From positions 224,001 through 288,000 of the IMG/VR virus record IMGVR_UViG_3300045988_171958: a DNA stretch of 64,000 nucleotides; one strand, 5' to 3'. Origin of the DNA: a virus. Within the stretch, counting starts at the first letter, position 1. Every line of letters begins with the position of its first letter. Positions 43,516 through 54,668 of the stretch are shown piece by piece. The translations under genes and the position numbers were made by a program. Under the pieces are notes generated by a model. It did no database searches. It saw only the letters and a program-made list of their open reading frames with translations, and was not told where the DNA came from.

Positions 43516-46500
43516 TTATTTTCTTTCAAATGCAAATCCCCAAGTTCCTTTAGTAATATCACCTGGTGCACATACTGCAACTATATGATATCTCAATCCA
43601 CTAGGATTTATTGGGTTATCTGTAGTAAACTCATACTTTTCACGTCCAGTATTTGTTGTACTTAATGCATCACCATTATCATTATCAGATGCTGGAGTTC
43701 TAACACCTGTATCAAGAGCAGATTCGACATTCATCTGGTTTTTGTAATACATATAGAATCCATCAGGTACAGCAGAACTATTATGCTTACAAAGTTTGTA
43801 TATATTAGTTGGATATGCAAACCAGCAAGTTTTAACAGATCTGCTTATTGATGCATTAGATTGCTGTGTTTTCCCAGAAGCTGCTTGTAAATTACCATAT
43901 AAATGACCATGGTCTATATCACCATTAGATCTTCCAACAGCAGCATTCTTCTTACCTAAGAATTCATTTTGTGTCCATTTTTTCCATAATGGATTAGGTT
44001 TACGAACACCATTTTCCATTATATAAGGAACGTCATTTGTAGTACCATAGTATATTCTATATCTTGCTGTCAAAGTAAAAGATGCAGATGAATATGAAGG
44101 TAATTCAGTAAATTTATCATAAGGTGCGGCACCATCATCAGGTATATATGTTGCTTTTTCCATAAGTTGTTGAAAATACATTTGAGTTGCTGGATTAAAT
44201 ATATATGAATATGCTGTCCAAACAGTAAATTTACCTTCCCTATCAAGCTTTATTTTATCTGATATTGTACTTCTTGTCGAATATAATCCTGTTCTATAAT
44301 CAGTTTTACCAATTTCGTCAAAAGCGCCTCTATTATCCACAGCATTACAGTATGAACTATAATAAGCTAAATTGTATGAATTAGCATAATCATAAGGAGG
44401 TACCCAATTGAATTTATGATAAGGGTCTTTTGCTCCGGTATCATTCAAATATATATAATTAGGATCTGTAACATCTTCATTGTTTGCTACTAATCTCTTA
44501 GGCCAGTATTTAGCTGTATCACTCTTCATACCGGCAAGCAATTCTTTATTATGTATTACTTTATCAAATTTTTGGGCTGATATATTAGAATTATTTGGTA
44601 ATTTAAAGTAAGTTATTTCTCTTACACCTGTAGAATAACCTAACATATTTCCTAATGAAGTACCATATATAGGGTCTATGTTTTCTGGTTTATCAACACC
44701 AACATTAAATGCTCTAAATTGTATTTCAAAACTAGTTGTAGCACCTACTTCACAAATACCATCAGAATTCTGACTATTTTGGAAATATGACCATCCAACA
44801 CTATCATTAGAAATAACTGCATTTGCAATTCTATTTCCAGTATACCAAATAGCATATTGTAAGCTAGGTCTGTAATACTTAGGTTGTACAAGCAATGCTC
44901 TCATAACTGTGGTTAGATATGCTGTTGGACCTAATGAATTTACATAGCTATAAGATGTTGGGGCTACAACTTCACCACCTACTATCATACCACCATCATA
45001 ATACATCTGTCCATTCTTTCGAATATCCATGATGTTATGGCGAGAATTTTCTTTTACATAATTACCGGCATAACTATAAATAGGTTCCTTTTCACTATTT
45101 TCGCCTATTTTCTTTTTGTATAAAGTACTAGGACCCTTTGTTGTATCTCCAGTTCCACCATTTCCAATACTGAAAATAGTTTCATAACTGGATTCATAAA
45201 AACCAACAGTAGTTGTATTATTAGTACCATCTATTCCAATAGGATATCTACCTGGTAAGTATTTGTTATTTACACGGGCAAATTCATTAGGAATCTTATT
45301 AGTATCATTGTTTTCTACTAAGAAACCATTAGCAGAATAATATGATCTGTTGTATGTACCATGTCCTACTTCTGTCTTATTCTTAGATACTGTATAGAAA
45401 CCATCAGTAGAAGAGTAAGATCCTCTCGCTATAGTACCAACACCACTTGAATGTGAGAATTCTCCATAAGATGATGTATTGTTTCCTTCTGATATAGAAC
45501 CTATACCATTAGCATAAGTTGATACACCAAAAGAAGAAGAGAAATTAGATTGTGCTGTTGTCCTATTACCACTAGCAAATGATCCTTCTCCATTAGCATA
45601 AGTTGATACACCTTGTGAATGTGATGATTGTCCTATTGCCTTAGTATGTTCACCTTCGGCATGACTGTATCTATAAGCAATGGTTTCAATACCTTCTGTA
45701 TGTGATGATTGTCCTATTGCTTTAGTACGTTCACCTTCAGCATGAGATGAAGTAGATTCTGCTATTGTATTGTTACCTTCAGCATGAGAATACTGTCCAT
45801 TTGCATGGGTAACATTACCTTCTGCATGGGATCCAGATCCTGAAGCATAAGTACCATTACCTTCAGCATGACCATATTCAGCCGTTGTATAAGATCCATT
45901 ACCTTCAGCATGACCACCTATTGCATTTGAAGTAACATAAGTTTTATAACCTTCAACATGGCTATAGTTAGAATTAGCTCTGCCATATCCACCTTCAGCA
46001 TGAGATGCAATGTTGTAAGCTGATGTATAAGTACCTTCTGCATGTGTACTTGTTCCAGCTGACATTGTTCTGCTACCTTCAGCATGGGCATAAGTACCTT
46101 TTGCATAAGAGAAATTACCTTCAGCATGACTGTATTCATAAGCATTAGTTTCAATACCTTCTGCATGTCCTCCAGTACCAGTTGTTACTGTATTTACTCC
46201 TTCTACATGGGAAAATGAACCCATTGCTTTACCGCTACCTTCAGCATGTGCATAATTAGCGGTTTCTGTTATCTGAGCATTGTTTTCTGCATGGGAATAT
46301 GTACCTAATACTGTAGATTTGTTTTCTGCATGAGAATAAGATCCCAAATCGGTATTTGTAGCTGAACCTGTAACAGAAGACCCTTCGGTATGGGAATATT
46401 TACCATAAGCTTTAGATTCTTTACCTTCAGCATGAGCACCTTGACCACCAGATATAGAATCTTCACCTTCAGCAACAGAATAATTAGCATTAGCTATTGT

Positions 46501-47391
46501 TTTACTACCAGTTGCAAATGCACCAATACCATAAGATGATGTATTTGTACCAGTAGCAAAACCAGCCTTAGCATAAGTTGATTTTCCTATAGCTATACCA
46601 TTTTCAAAAGCAACAGAATCAACACCATGTACAAATGCATTGTTTCCAAGTGCTTTAGAATTAGATCCACCAACATGGGACGATGTCGCAGATATTGCTT
46701 GGTTTGAATGACCTTCAACATGTGAATAGCTTGAATTTATTGCTGAATTTGATTCACCTTCTACATGTGAATAGGAGGCATTATTGGAAGAAGTATTGCT
46801 TGCTCCTTCTACATGACTAAAATCACTACCACCAGTATTCTTATATCCTTCTATATGGGTAAATGATCCAGCTAATGTATTGGACTTACCTTCAATATGA
46901 GACATTATTGGTGATTCACCTTTAAGATTATTTGTTATCTTGTAAGTGTTATAGTCATTGAATATTTCATTGTAAGCTAATGAACCCCTATCCTCTGTTG
47001 CATCTGGCCATTTACCAACACCAGTATATGATGTACCTAATTGCTTCTTTTTTACAAATTCTCTCTGTAGGAAAGTATTAGTATAAGTAGCAGTCATGAT
47101 TCTATCAGCATAATAAGAAACATCACTATTACCTTCATTCTTTATTAAGAAAGGAGTATAATAATCTGATTGTTTTTCCCCATTTGGTATTGTTTCAGGT
47201 CCTTGAGTTACAACAATTTGACCCTTATATATAGATGAAGTACTAGTCCTCATCTCTTCTTTCAAAGAATCATAACTTGAAGGAAGAGAAGATTCATCCA
47301 ATGGTTGCTTAGTGTTTCTTCTCATTGAGAATGCAACATCTACAACTCTTCCTTTTGTATCATATACTTGAGATGGAATTTTATTACCCAT
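43516..47391 (-). CDS. Giant tail fibre protein (1291 aa) with H-x-E-G repeats
   Basis: Over 30 repeats of the SH(A/V/T/I)EG type (for example YSHVEGESNSAINSSYSHVEGHSNQAI), reminiscent of the G-x-x-S/N-x-A-x-G head repeats of trimeric adhesins. N-terminal domain is paralogous to the 1682-aa protein. Confidence 0.75.
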   Translation of the reverse strand: MGNKIPSQVYDTKGRVVDVAFSMRRNTKQPLDESSLPSSYDSLKEEMRTSTSSIYKGQIVVTQGPETIPNGEKQSDYYTPFLIKNEGNSDVSYYADRIMTATYTNTFLQREFVKKKQLGTSYTGVGKWPDATEDRGSLAYNEIFNDYNTYKITNNLKGESPIMSHIEGKSNTLAGSFTHIEGYKNTGGSDFSHVEGASNTSSNNASYSHVEGESNSAINSSYSHVEGHSNQAISATSSHVGGSNSKALGNNAFVHGVDSVAFENGIAIGKSTYAKAGFATGTNTSSYGIGAFATGSKTIANANYSVAEGEDSISGGQGAHAEGKESKAYGKYSHTEGSSVTGSATNTDLGSYSHAENKSTVLGTYSHAENNAQITETANYAHAEGSGKAMGSFSHVEGVNTVTTGTGGHAEGIETNAYEYSHAEGNFSYAKGTYAHAEGSRTMSAGTSTHAEGTYTSAYNIASHAEGGYGRANSNYSHVEGYKTYVTSNAIGGHAEGNGSYTTAEYGHAEGNGTYASGSGSHAEGNVTHANGQYSHAEGNNTIAESTSSHAEGERTKAIGQSSHTEGIETIAYRYSHAEGEHTKAIGQSSHSQGVSTYANGEGSFASGNRTTAQSNFSSSFGVSTYANGIGSISEGNNTSSYGEFSHSSGVGTIARGSYSSTDGFYTVSKNKTEVGHGTYNRSYYSANGFLVENNDTNKIPNEFARVNNKYLPGRYPIGIDGTNNTTTVGFYESSYETIFSIGNGGTGDTTKGPSTLYKKKIGENSEKEPIYSYAGNYVKENSRHNIMDIRKNGQMYYDGGMIVGGEVVAPTSYSYVNSLGPTAYLTTVMRALLVQPKYYRPSLQYAIWYTGNRIANAVISNDSVGWSYFQNSQNSDGICEVGATTSFEIQFRAFNVGVDKPENIDPIYGTSLGNMLGYSTGVREITYFKLPNNSNISAQKFDKVIHNKELLAGMKSDTAKYWPKRLVANNEDVTDPNYIYLNDTGAKDPYHKFNWVPPYDYANSYNLAYYSSYCNAVDNRGAFDEIGKTDYRTGLYSTRSTISDKIKLDREGKFTVWTAYSYIFNPATQMYFQQLMEKATYIPDDGAAPYDKFTELPSYSSASFTLTARYRIYYGTTNDVPYIMENGVRKPNPLWKKWTQNEFLGKKNAAVGRSNGDIDHGHLYGNLQAASGKTQQSNASISRSVKTCWFAYPTNIYKLCKHNSSAVPDGFYMYYKNQMNVESALDTGVRTPASDNDNGDALSTTNTGREKYEFTTDNPINPSGLRYHIVAVCAPGDITKGTWGFAFERK

Positions 47392-47421
47392 TTTGTTGGC
47401 TATTTAATATATTCGATTTAG

Positions 47422-49179
47422 TTAAAAATTGACTTCTAAAGTCATAGTATCTGCAAACATTGTGTATTCAACATTTTCTAAATAGAATGTTTTGTATTGT
47501 GTTCCGTTGTATACATACTTATCAGAAATATGTTTTTTCAACATTACTGAATTTATCTCAGTTATATCATTTTCAATTCCGGAATTCCAAGATTTCATTA
47601 TTATTCTTGAATTGTCAAATAATGCACCTGGTAAAGCAACCCAAATAATATATTGTCCTGCTAAATTATTTATCTTAAGTGAACCAGTAGATTCTTTTGA
47701 ATCAATCAATTTGTTTGATTGTCCACTAAGACCATTTGCCGTTACTGGAGCGCTTTGATTTGTTATACCCCAGAATACTTTAAATGAGAATTTCTTACCT
47801 ATTTTTGGGAAATCAGTTTTTTCAGTAAGTCCTTCTGCAAATGCATGATCTGTATCTTGTATGTTCAAACTTTTAAGCTGTGGGTACAAATTTACATTAG
47901 CTTTGCCATGACTGAACTGATATTTCATATTAGAATTCAATATGAATTCTTTATTTATCAAGTCCAATGCTTCTGCTTTAGTAGTAGGATTCTTTGATAT
48001 AGTAGATATTGAATTCAACAATCCAGTAACATTATTCAATCCATTTGATAGAGAAGCTGTATTCTTCAATATAGAATTTTCAAATACCATTGTTGTTGAA
48101 GAAGCATCATTTAATGATATATCCAATCCAATTGTATCTAAATTCACTTTTGAATTATACTCAATTGCTTCATTAGTCCAATTTTCTAATGAAACATCAT
48201 TTATGACTATATTATTCAATACAGGTTTCTTATATGGATATGGTTCTATCAACAAATTCAAAAGTTTATCCAATGGGGTATTCTTCCATTTTTCTCCAGT
48301 GCATACTTGGAAAGAATTCAAAGATACTTGTCCACCTTCATAAGTTGATGTTCCATAATAAGTATAAGTACCTGTATTTGTTATTGGGTTTCCGCTATCA
48401 TCATAAGTTATATATTCATAAGTACCTTCATACGTCTTAGATTTATCAACATATTCATAAGTTGAATTTTCAGTTATGTAAGTATATCGCTTTCCTCCAT
48501 CTGTTATTTCATCTTCTCTCTTAACAGAATACTTATCAATATTCTGAATTTTAGCAAGAGTTGCCATGTGATTTTCTCTATCATTCTTCAAGAAATTCTT
48601 TATTTCATCTAAAGAATCCAAGAAATCTGGGGCACCACCAATAATTCTATCTACCCAATATTTTGTATATGTATAGCAATTTTCTTTGGCAGTTGCTACA
48701 TAGGTATATGTGTCTTCTTTGTATTTATTGAGTTTTACATCAATATTCCCAATATCAACTTTTATGCCATTTATATCCTTATTTATTTTAGTGAATTGTT
48801 CAGATGCATAAGTATAGAGATTATTATAACAAGTATCTGTATAGTTATGATTATGTTTCAACCACATTTCTACAGATCTTGGGTTATCTATGGTTTCTAC
48901 TACATCTTCTTCAGGAGAAAAGTAAGACATTCCAAATGTTTGACTGAATATTGGATTATATGACATTGCAATCCATTCAGCATTGTTCATGTTTTCTTCC
49001 TTTTCTAATCCCCATCCACTGGCAATCAAGTTACCACGTAGCCATAGAGAAGTTCTCTTATGGTTGTTTGATAAGTTGCTAGACAGAACTATGAGTGAAC
49101 CAGTTCTGTTTAGCATCTTAGGTATCTTAGTTGATGATGAAGTAATGAAACTTACTTTATTATATTCTGAAATTGCCAT
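47422..49179 (-). CDS. Tail/baseplate-module structural protein (585 aa), unassigned
   Basis: ATG ORF tightly packed between large structural genes. Confidence 0.6.
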   Translation of the reverse strand: MAISEYNKVSFITSSSTKIPKMLNRTGSLIVLSSNLSNNHKRTSLWLRGNLIASGWGLEKEENMNNAEWIAMSYNPIFSQTFGMSYFSPEEDVVETIDNPRSVEMWLKHNHNYTDTCYNNLYTYASEQFTKINKDINGIKVDIGNIDVKLNKYKEDTYTYVATAKENCYTYTKYWVDRIIGGAPDFLDSLDEIKNFLKNDRENHMATLAKIQNIDKYSVKREDEITDGGKRYTYITENSTYEYVDKSKTYEGTYEYITYDDSGNPITNTGTYTYYGTSTYEGGQVSLNSFQVCTGEKWKNTPLDKLLNLLIEPYPYKKPVLNNIVINDVSLENWTNEAIEYNSKVNLDTIGLDISLNDASSTTMVFENSILKNTASLSNGLNNVTGLLNSISTISKNPTTKAEALDLINKEFILNSNMKYQFSHGKANVNLYPQLKSLNIQDTDHAFAEGLTEKTDFPKIGKKFSFKVFWGITNQSAPVTANGLSGQSNKLIDSKESTGSLKINNLAGQYIIWVALPGALFDNSRIIMKSWNSGIENDITEINSVMLKKHISDKYVYNGTQYKTFYLENVEYTMFADTMTLEVNF

Positions 49180-49198
49180 TTATTCAATTGTTTATATT

Positions 49199-52100
49199 TT
49201 ACTTCATTGATATTACTTCATCATTAAATGTATTATCTGAATTAGAAGACATATCTATATTTTCTGATGACATATCATAGTTTCCTACAAATTCAATCAT
49301 ATAATGATAAGGGTCTCTTATAAGTGAATTTCTCAAATCAAAATACAAAGACTTTACTATGGAATTACTGTTTGAATTCGTATAATATTCAAATTCTATA
49401 GGTATGGACAAGTTTTCACCAACTTCAATATATTTAGAAGCTTTATCTTCTCCACTGGTAAGTATAGTATCTAATGAAAGCAAAGATGGATAGACAAATC
49501 CACCAACAAAACTGTTTTGAGATGAGAAGTTTCTTATACTTCCACCTTCACTGATGAATGAACTGAATGTTGTACTATTTGTAAGATATTCATAATTAGC
49601 ATTATCATTGTTTGAAGAAACCTTTACAATATCTTCATATCGCATCAACCAGTTATTGTCATTAGATAAACCATAATTATACCAAGAAGAATTAGACTTT
49701 ACCATATCAACATATATAGAATCTGTTGTCTTATTTTCTGTTGTAGAAAGTTCATTCAATCTAGATGTATATTCTAACAATTTCTTATAATCTACACCTT
49801 CTTTAGAATTTATGTTGTCAAAAACAAGTCCTTTCCATTTTACACTACTTGTACTTATAGTAGAAGAATGTAATGAACCTTGTCTTGGTCTGTATCCTAA
49901 CAACACTTGTCTGTTGTTTATTCCAATGTAGTTAGAAGGAGTTATTTGATATTCCAACTTATTTCCATTTGAAACATTTGTTTCATCTTTACTATTCTGT
50001 TCGGTAGTTGAGAAATATATAGAAGATCCATTCCAAGCGGAATTCTCTCTAAAGTAAATCCATTGTCCAAGATACTGTGCACATATCTTATTGTTTACTA
50101 ACATTGGTACTCTTTCAAAGTTAGCTAAGTTTGAATTGTAAGAATCTACATTACAGTTTATCAATGGAGTATTTGTATTGCCAGGGAATATGCTGTAAAG
50201 ATTCAATCTGACATCACCAGTATTCTTTATTACAATATTCATATTTTTCTTAATGAATATATCAGAAATATGATTGATGTTATATATGTTTACTGAATTC
50301 TTTGTATTAGGTGACAACAATATAGAATAATCATCATAAGTCAAATATACTTCAAACTTACTATTTGATTCATTATCTATCAAAGTCTTCCATTTTTCAA
50401 CATTACTATTTATATCATTAAGCTTATCCTTCAACGATATCATCTTATTTTCTGATGTGTTGAAACCTGAATATATGTTTTCTGGTGTATGGAAGAACGT
50501 TTGATCCGAACTTATTACTTTATCTTGTATGTGCTCTGTATATCCATCATCTATCAAGGTTTTTGAGAATGATGAAGTAACTGTATCTTTATCATTTTCT
50601 GTAAGTATAGTTGTCAAATCTATATTAGACTTATACTGTGATGGGAATACAACTGTCTTTTCATCACTCCAAGGAGTATATATAGAAATGAATGGTTGTC
50701 CAATATTGAGCTTATATCTTACTCTTATGATTACATCTTCACCTTGCTGTATTGGAATATCAATTTGATTCCACTTAATAATGTTATCAGTTGTAGAATA
50801 ATCAACAAAATCTACACCGACAGAATTGTCAAATACTAGTTTTCTTTGTCTATCTATATTATCTAATCTATTCCAATCAGTAAAAGTAGAAGAATCTATA
50901 GATATAAGTTGGTTGTTTTCTTTATTTGTTGATTTGTATTTATATTCAACATCACAACCAATTATCTCTACATCTATTCCATTACCTATTGAAGAAATAA
51001 GTTGAGAAAGATATTTTACGTCTGTTACTCCTCTTACTCTATATTTTACTTCATTTCCAGTAACATCCAAATCTGTAGACTTTATGTTTATTTCATCTAC
51101 TATAGAATTCAACTGTGATTGAAGATGAGTCTTTTCCGTATATAGAGAATTTAGCTGTGTCTTAAGTGAGTTTTGAGTTACTGTTATCTCTTTAGAGAAA
51201 TCAGTAGTCATGAGCTTGTTTGTCACCTCGTTGATTTCTGATTGCTTAGCAGATATTTGCTGTTGAAAATCATTCTTAGAAGCATGTAAGCTCTTTATCT
51301 CTTCATTACTTGTATCATCTACCAAATGCTTATTGATTGGTACAACTTGCAATATGTTTTCAGTATCAAATGTATTAGATACTGCTATTTGCATATCATC
51401 AGAATCCTGTAATGATTCCAATTGTGCCATAGTAAAGTTGCTTATTTGTGGATAAGCTGTATTTGTTATACCAAGAATCAAATCACCAATGTTTGTACAA
51501 TATTTCTTATAGTATTTCAGATAAGAAAGATTGTTACCATATTCATCTTGTACAAAATTACCACCGGCATCTTTTACATAGATAGAATTTAGATCACAAA
51601 ACAATGGAGTAGACCAAGAAGATCTGGTATTGTTTGATACAGCAGATAAGAATACTATGATATATTGGTTTTCCTCTAATGGTATCTCTACATAATGATA
51701 GTCAGAATAATTGTTGTTGTATATAGAGAAAATCATATCAGTATTTTCTTCTGTAGTTTGCAATGCTGTATGGCCTGAAGTTTCTTCTATCTCTATCTGC
51801 ATATTTGAATAATCTACATTCTTTACTTTCCATGTAGTAGATTGTCCTTTCATACATAAGAAATCTCCGGCTTTCAATTGATAAGAAATAGTTGAATCTT
51901 CTGAATTGAAATATTCAAATGTATCTAAATTCAAAATATAAGAAAGCTTTGAACCAACAGAAACAGCATGTGGATTATCATTTCCTAATTCTTCTTTTGT
52001 TGGAATAGACTCTATTCTGAATGCACTTCTATATCTTTCCTGCTTAATAGGAATATCAAGTTCACTATCATATTCTTCATAATCATTTCCCTTTGTATAC

Positions 52101-52636
52101 CCATATAAAGCAGTCTTTATATCTTCATAAGAAGAATATCCAGATAAAACGTTGTACATATCATAATCATATATCACTATCTTTTTCATCATCATTGAAG
52201 ATATGATATCTGACATGTTTGGAACATTTACTTTCAAATAAGTCTTAGGAGAAACTAAGTCTTTTAAGAAATTGTTGTCTTTAAATAATGCAATAGGATT
52301 TGCAGATTCCAATTTAGGTGTAGAAGGAGAAATTCCATTCTTAACCATCTTTATCTTATACAAGTCATTTGTTGACTCTAACCAAGCTTCACCAGAATTT
52401 GGAAGTTCTATTAATGAAGATAATGAAGAATCCAACTGCTCTATCTTATTGTCAAGATATAAGAATGATGGTATTCTTAAAGTTTCCCTTTCACCCTGAG
52501 GGTTTGTTACCACTAAAGATATTTGACTATCTCTAGTGGACAAACTTTGGGTCATTGCTTTTATCATATCATAGCATTGTATGTACATGCCATGGAGTTT
52601 TGTATAGTACTCTTTTATAGAATTGTTAGTTATCAT
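49199..52636 (-). CDS. Large tail/baseplate-module structural protein (1145 aa), unassigned
   Basis: ATG ORF with a central coiled-coil-like segment (SLHASKNDFQQQISAKQSEINEVTNKL...LKTQLNSLYTEKTHLQSQLNSIVDEI). Confidence 0.6.
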   Translation of the reverse strand: MITNNSIKEYYTKLHGMYIQCYDMIKAMTQSLSTRDSQISLVVTNPQGERETLRIPSFLYLDNKIEQLDSSLSSLIELPNSGEAWLESTNDLYKIKMVKNGISPSTPKLESANPIALFKDNNFLKDLVSPKTYLKVNVPNMSDIISSMMMKKIVIYDYDMYNVLSGYSSYEDIKTALYGYTKGNDYEEYDSELDIPIKQERYRSAFRIESIPTKEELGNDNPHAVSVGSKLSYILNLDTFEYFNSEDSTISYQLKAGDFLCMKGQSTTWKVKNVDYSNMQIEIEETSGHTALQTTEENTDMIFSIYNNNYSDYHYVEIPLEENQYIIVFLSAVSNNTRSSWSTPLFCDLNSIYVKDAGGNFVQDEYGNNLSYLKYYKKYCTNIGDLILGITNTAYPQISNFTMAQLESLQDSDDMQIAVSNTFDTENILQVVPINKHLVDDTSNEEIKSLHASKNDFQQQISAKQSEINEVTNKLMTTDFSKEITVTQNSLKTQLNSLYTEKTHLQSQLNSIVDEINIKSTDLDVTGNEVKYRVRGVTDVKYLSQLISSIGNGIDVEIIGCDVEYKYKSTNKENNQLISIDSSTFTDWNRLDNIDRQRKLVFDNSVGVDFVDYSTTDNIIKWNQIDIPIQQGEDVIIRVRYKLNIGQPFISIYTPWSDEKTVVFPSQYKSNIDLTTILTENDKDTVTSSFSKTLIDDGYTEHIQDKVISSDQTFFHTPENIYSGFNTSENKMISLKDKLNDINSNVEKWKTLIDNESNSKFEVYLTYDDYSILLSPNTKNSVNIYNINHISDIFIKKNMNIVIKNTGDVRLNLYSIFPGNTNTPLINCNVDSYNSNLANFERVPMLVNNKICAQYLGQWIYFRENSAWNGSSIYFSTTEQNSKDETNVSNGNKLEYQITPSNYIGINNRQVLLGYRPRQGSLHSSTISTSSVKWKGLVFDNINSKEGVDYKKLLEYTSRLNELSTTENKTTDSIYVDMVKSNSSWYNYGLSNDNNWLMRYEDIVKVSSNNDNANYEYLTNSTTFSSFISEGGSIRNFSSQNSFVGGFVYPSLLSLDTILTSGEDKASKYIEVGENLSIPIEFEYYTNSNSNSIVKSLYFDLRNSLIRDPYHYMIEFVGNYDMSSENIDMSSNSDNTFNDEVISMK

Positions 52637-52688
52637 CAGTTGATTTCTTCTTTAATATATCCTTATACTTAAAAATACTTTTATCTGC

Positions 52689-54581
52689 TTAACCTTCACG
52701 TTGAACCCACTGAAGTTGCAGACCTTCAATAGAGGCTTCAAGATAAGATACTTGATATGTTATTTGATTTTTGAAATCCATTATGTCGGTTCGAAATGTG
52801 TCAAGATTGTAAGCTGTCAAAACTGAACCAACAGCAGATTCTAATGAAGTTACTCTTTCACTTAGCTTATTCATTATCTTTGACATATCAACAAACTTAT
52901 CTAATACTTCATTTTGTCTAGATAATATCTGAGCAAATGTACAATAAGCTTCCTTCTTCGCATCATTTGTTATTTCACTAGGCATGTAGTCAGAAGTAGG
53001 AAATGGTTTAAACTGACTAGATAATGATAAAGACCAAGATGGAGAGAATCCAGTTGACAAATCAGACTTCAAAGTTACAAATTGCGGGCCAGAGAACCAA
53101 ATACCTAATGGCATATTCTTAACACACATTTCTTTGTCTTCATCTTCATTAGTCAAATTCAAATGATCTGAAGATTCAACATTAGTAGAATTTGTATTGT
53201 AGTTCATATCTACTAAATCGAATAATGGAATAAGCAAGTTGAATGATACTTCATTCCATTCTTTCACATCATTATGGTTTGTAAAAGATATTTCTTTCAA
53301 AGGTGAAGTCAATTCATAATAATGAGTACCATTTTCATAATTGTCATATTCTGGTTTCAAATCTTCTACATAATGTGGACCTATATATTCTTCTTTTATT
53401 TCAGATGCTTTTATTATATCTTCCAAAGTCTTTACATATTCTGGAATTTGCTTATCTGCTTCTGGTACCATCATAATATAAGTATTGTAATCATCAGTAT
53501 CACCAGTAGAGATATTGTGTGTTCTCTTGAATTTTATCTGTTCTTCTGTACTGAGCTTACTATATAAATTAGTATATAAATTATTAGATGCAACAGGGTT
53601 TATAGAAACTGTATTCTTTTCATCTTTATCAAAATCTAATTCTTTTACATATTCTGATTTTGTGGTAAACCAACCATGTAAATATCTCTCACTATTATAA
53701 TTGTTCAATACATTTTCTTTAGTATCATCACCATCAACTGGAGCCAAAGACATTGTATAATTGCTATCACTTACTATAGTACCGGATTTGAATGATCTGG
53801 TATCTACTACACAAATAGTGTCAGAAAATGTTCCATTCCAATCTTGTTCTGTGATATCACCTACATAGTTTATCTTAATGGATGAATCAAATGCCTGTAA
53901 AGTTTCTAATAAGTAATTCAATGGAAGCAATACAGATTCTTGATTCATATCTTTACTTACACAAAAATCTCTTAAAGAAGCTAACTTATTTTCATAGTAA
54001 GTTACTAACTTGTTTATCAACTGTTGCTTATTCCAAATGAATGTACTCAATTCATCTTCTTTAGTGATAAATGTTGGATCATCTTTATAGTCAAGCAAAA
54101 CTTTTTCTATAGTAATAGAATAAGGAGAATTTACATTGTTTGACTTTTCAGAAAGCTTAGTATGCTTAGTATCATTTCTATATGTTATCAATGTTGTTTT
54201 AGAAAGCGTTGTATTCATTAAGAATTCCATTTGACTTTCTTTGATTGACATACCAGCTTTATATTCAGTTCCAAGACTATCAACATATATCTTATTTATA
54301 TTTGTACTATCTTGAATTACATAGTTTTCAAATACATTTGTCTTAAGTGTATAAGAGACGTTCTTTGTATCTAATATGGTTGTTTTCCACTTATTGTAGG
54401 ATTCTATTGCAAAATCTCTTGAATTAAGCTTTGGCATACTGATACATAAGAAAGTAGAAGGATATATCTTGTTATCAGTAGACATCAAATTAGCAGTCAA
54501 AGATTCTGTATAGTTAGAGAAAGTCAAGAAACTAGAATCTTGACTTGCTGATTTATAAAATAGATTAGTTTTTCTTTTCAT
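52689..54581 (-). CDS. Tail/baseplate-module structural protein (630 aa), first gene of the operon
   Basis: Track start TTG 54599; ATG at 54581 (MKRKTNLFYKSA). C-terminal coiled-coil-like segment. Confidence 0.6.
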   Translation of the reverse strand: MKRKTNLFYKSASQDSSFLTFSNYTESLTANLMSTDNKIYPSTFLCISMPKLNSRDFAIESYNKWKTTILDTKNVSYTLKTNVFENYVIQDSTNINKIYVDSLGTEYKAGMSIKESQMEFLMNTTLSKTTLITYRNDTKHTKLSEKSNNVNSPYSITIEKVLLDYKDDPTFITKEDELSTFIWNKQQLINKLVTYYENKLASLRDFCVSKDMNQESVLLPLNYLLETLQAFDSSIKINYVGDITEQDWNGTFSDTICVVDTRSFKSGTIVSDSNYTMSLAPVDGDDTKENVLNNYNSERYLHGWFTTKSEYVKELDFDKDEKNTVSINPVASNNLYTNLYSKLSTEEQIKFKRTHNISTGDTDDYNTYIMMVPEADKQIPEYVKTLEDIIKASEIKEEYIGPHYVEDLKPEYDNYENGTHYYELTSPLKEISFTNHNDVKEWNEVSFNLLIPLFDLVDMNYNTNSTNVESSDHLNLTNEDEDKEMCVKNMPLGIWFSGPQFVTLKSDLSTGFSPSWSLSLSSQFKPFPTSDYMPSEITNDAKKEAYCTFAQILSRQNEVLDKFVDMSKIMNKLSERVTSLESAVGSVLTAYNLDTFRTDIMDFKNQITYQVSYLEASIEGLQLQWVQREG

Positions 54582-54604
54582 TTGAATTAAAAAATACAAC
54601 TTCT

Positions 54605-54616
54605 GTTATATAAAAA
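54605..54616 (-). promoter_or_regulatory. Late-promoter-like TTTTTATATAAC
   Basis: About 24 nt upstream of ATG 54581, in the divergent intergenic region. Confidence 0.3.
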
Positions 54617-54635
54617 TTGAAATTTCTAAATAAGT

Positions 54636-54653
54636 TTCTATATTATATCTGAA
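54636..54653 (+). promoter_or_regulatory. Promoter-like motif TTCTATATTATATCTGAA
   Basis: 16 nt upstream of ATG 54669, heading the plus-strand operon 54669-57189. Confidence 0.45.
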
Positions 54654-54668
54654 CAAAATATTATAGTT

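Noticed and set aside
38381-47391. Possible CRISPR-like or other non-coding repeat array suggested by the strong DNA periodicity
   Set aside because: The periodicity is the coding H-x-E-G protein repeat inside two intact giant ORFs. Repeat units are degenerate, with no constant repeat/variable spacer structure and no cas genes.
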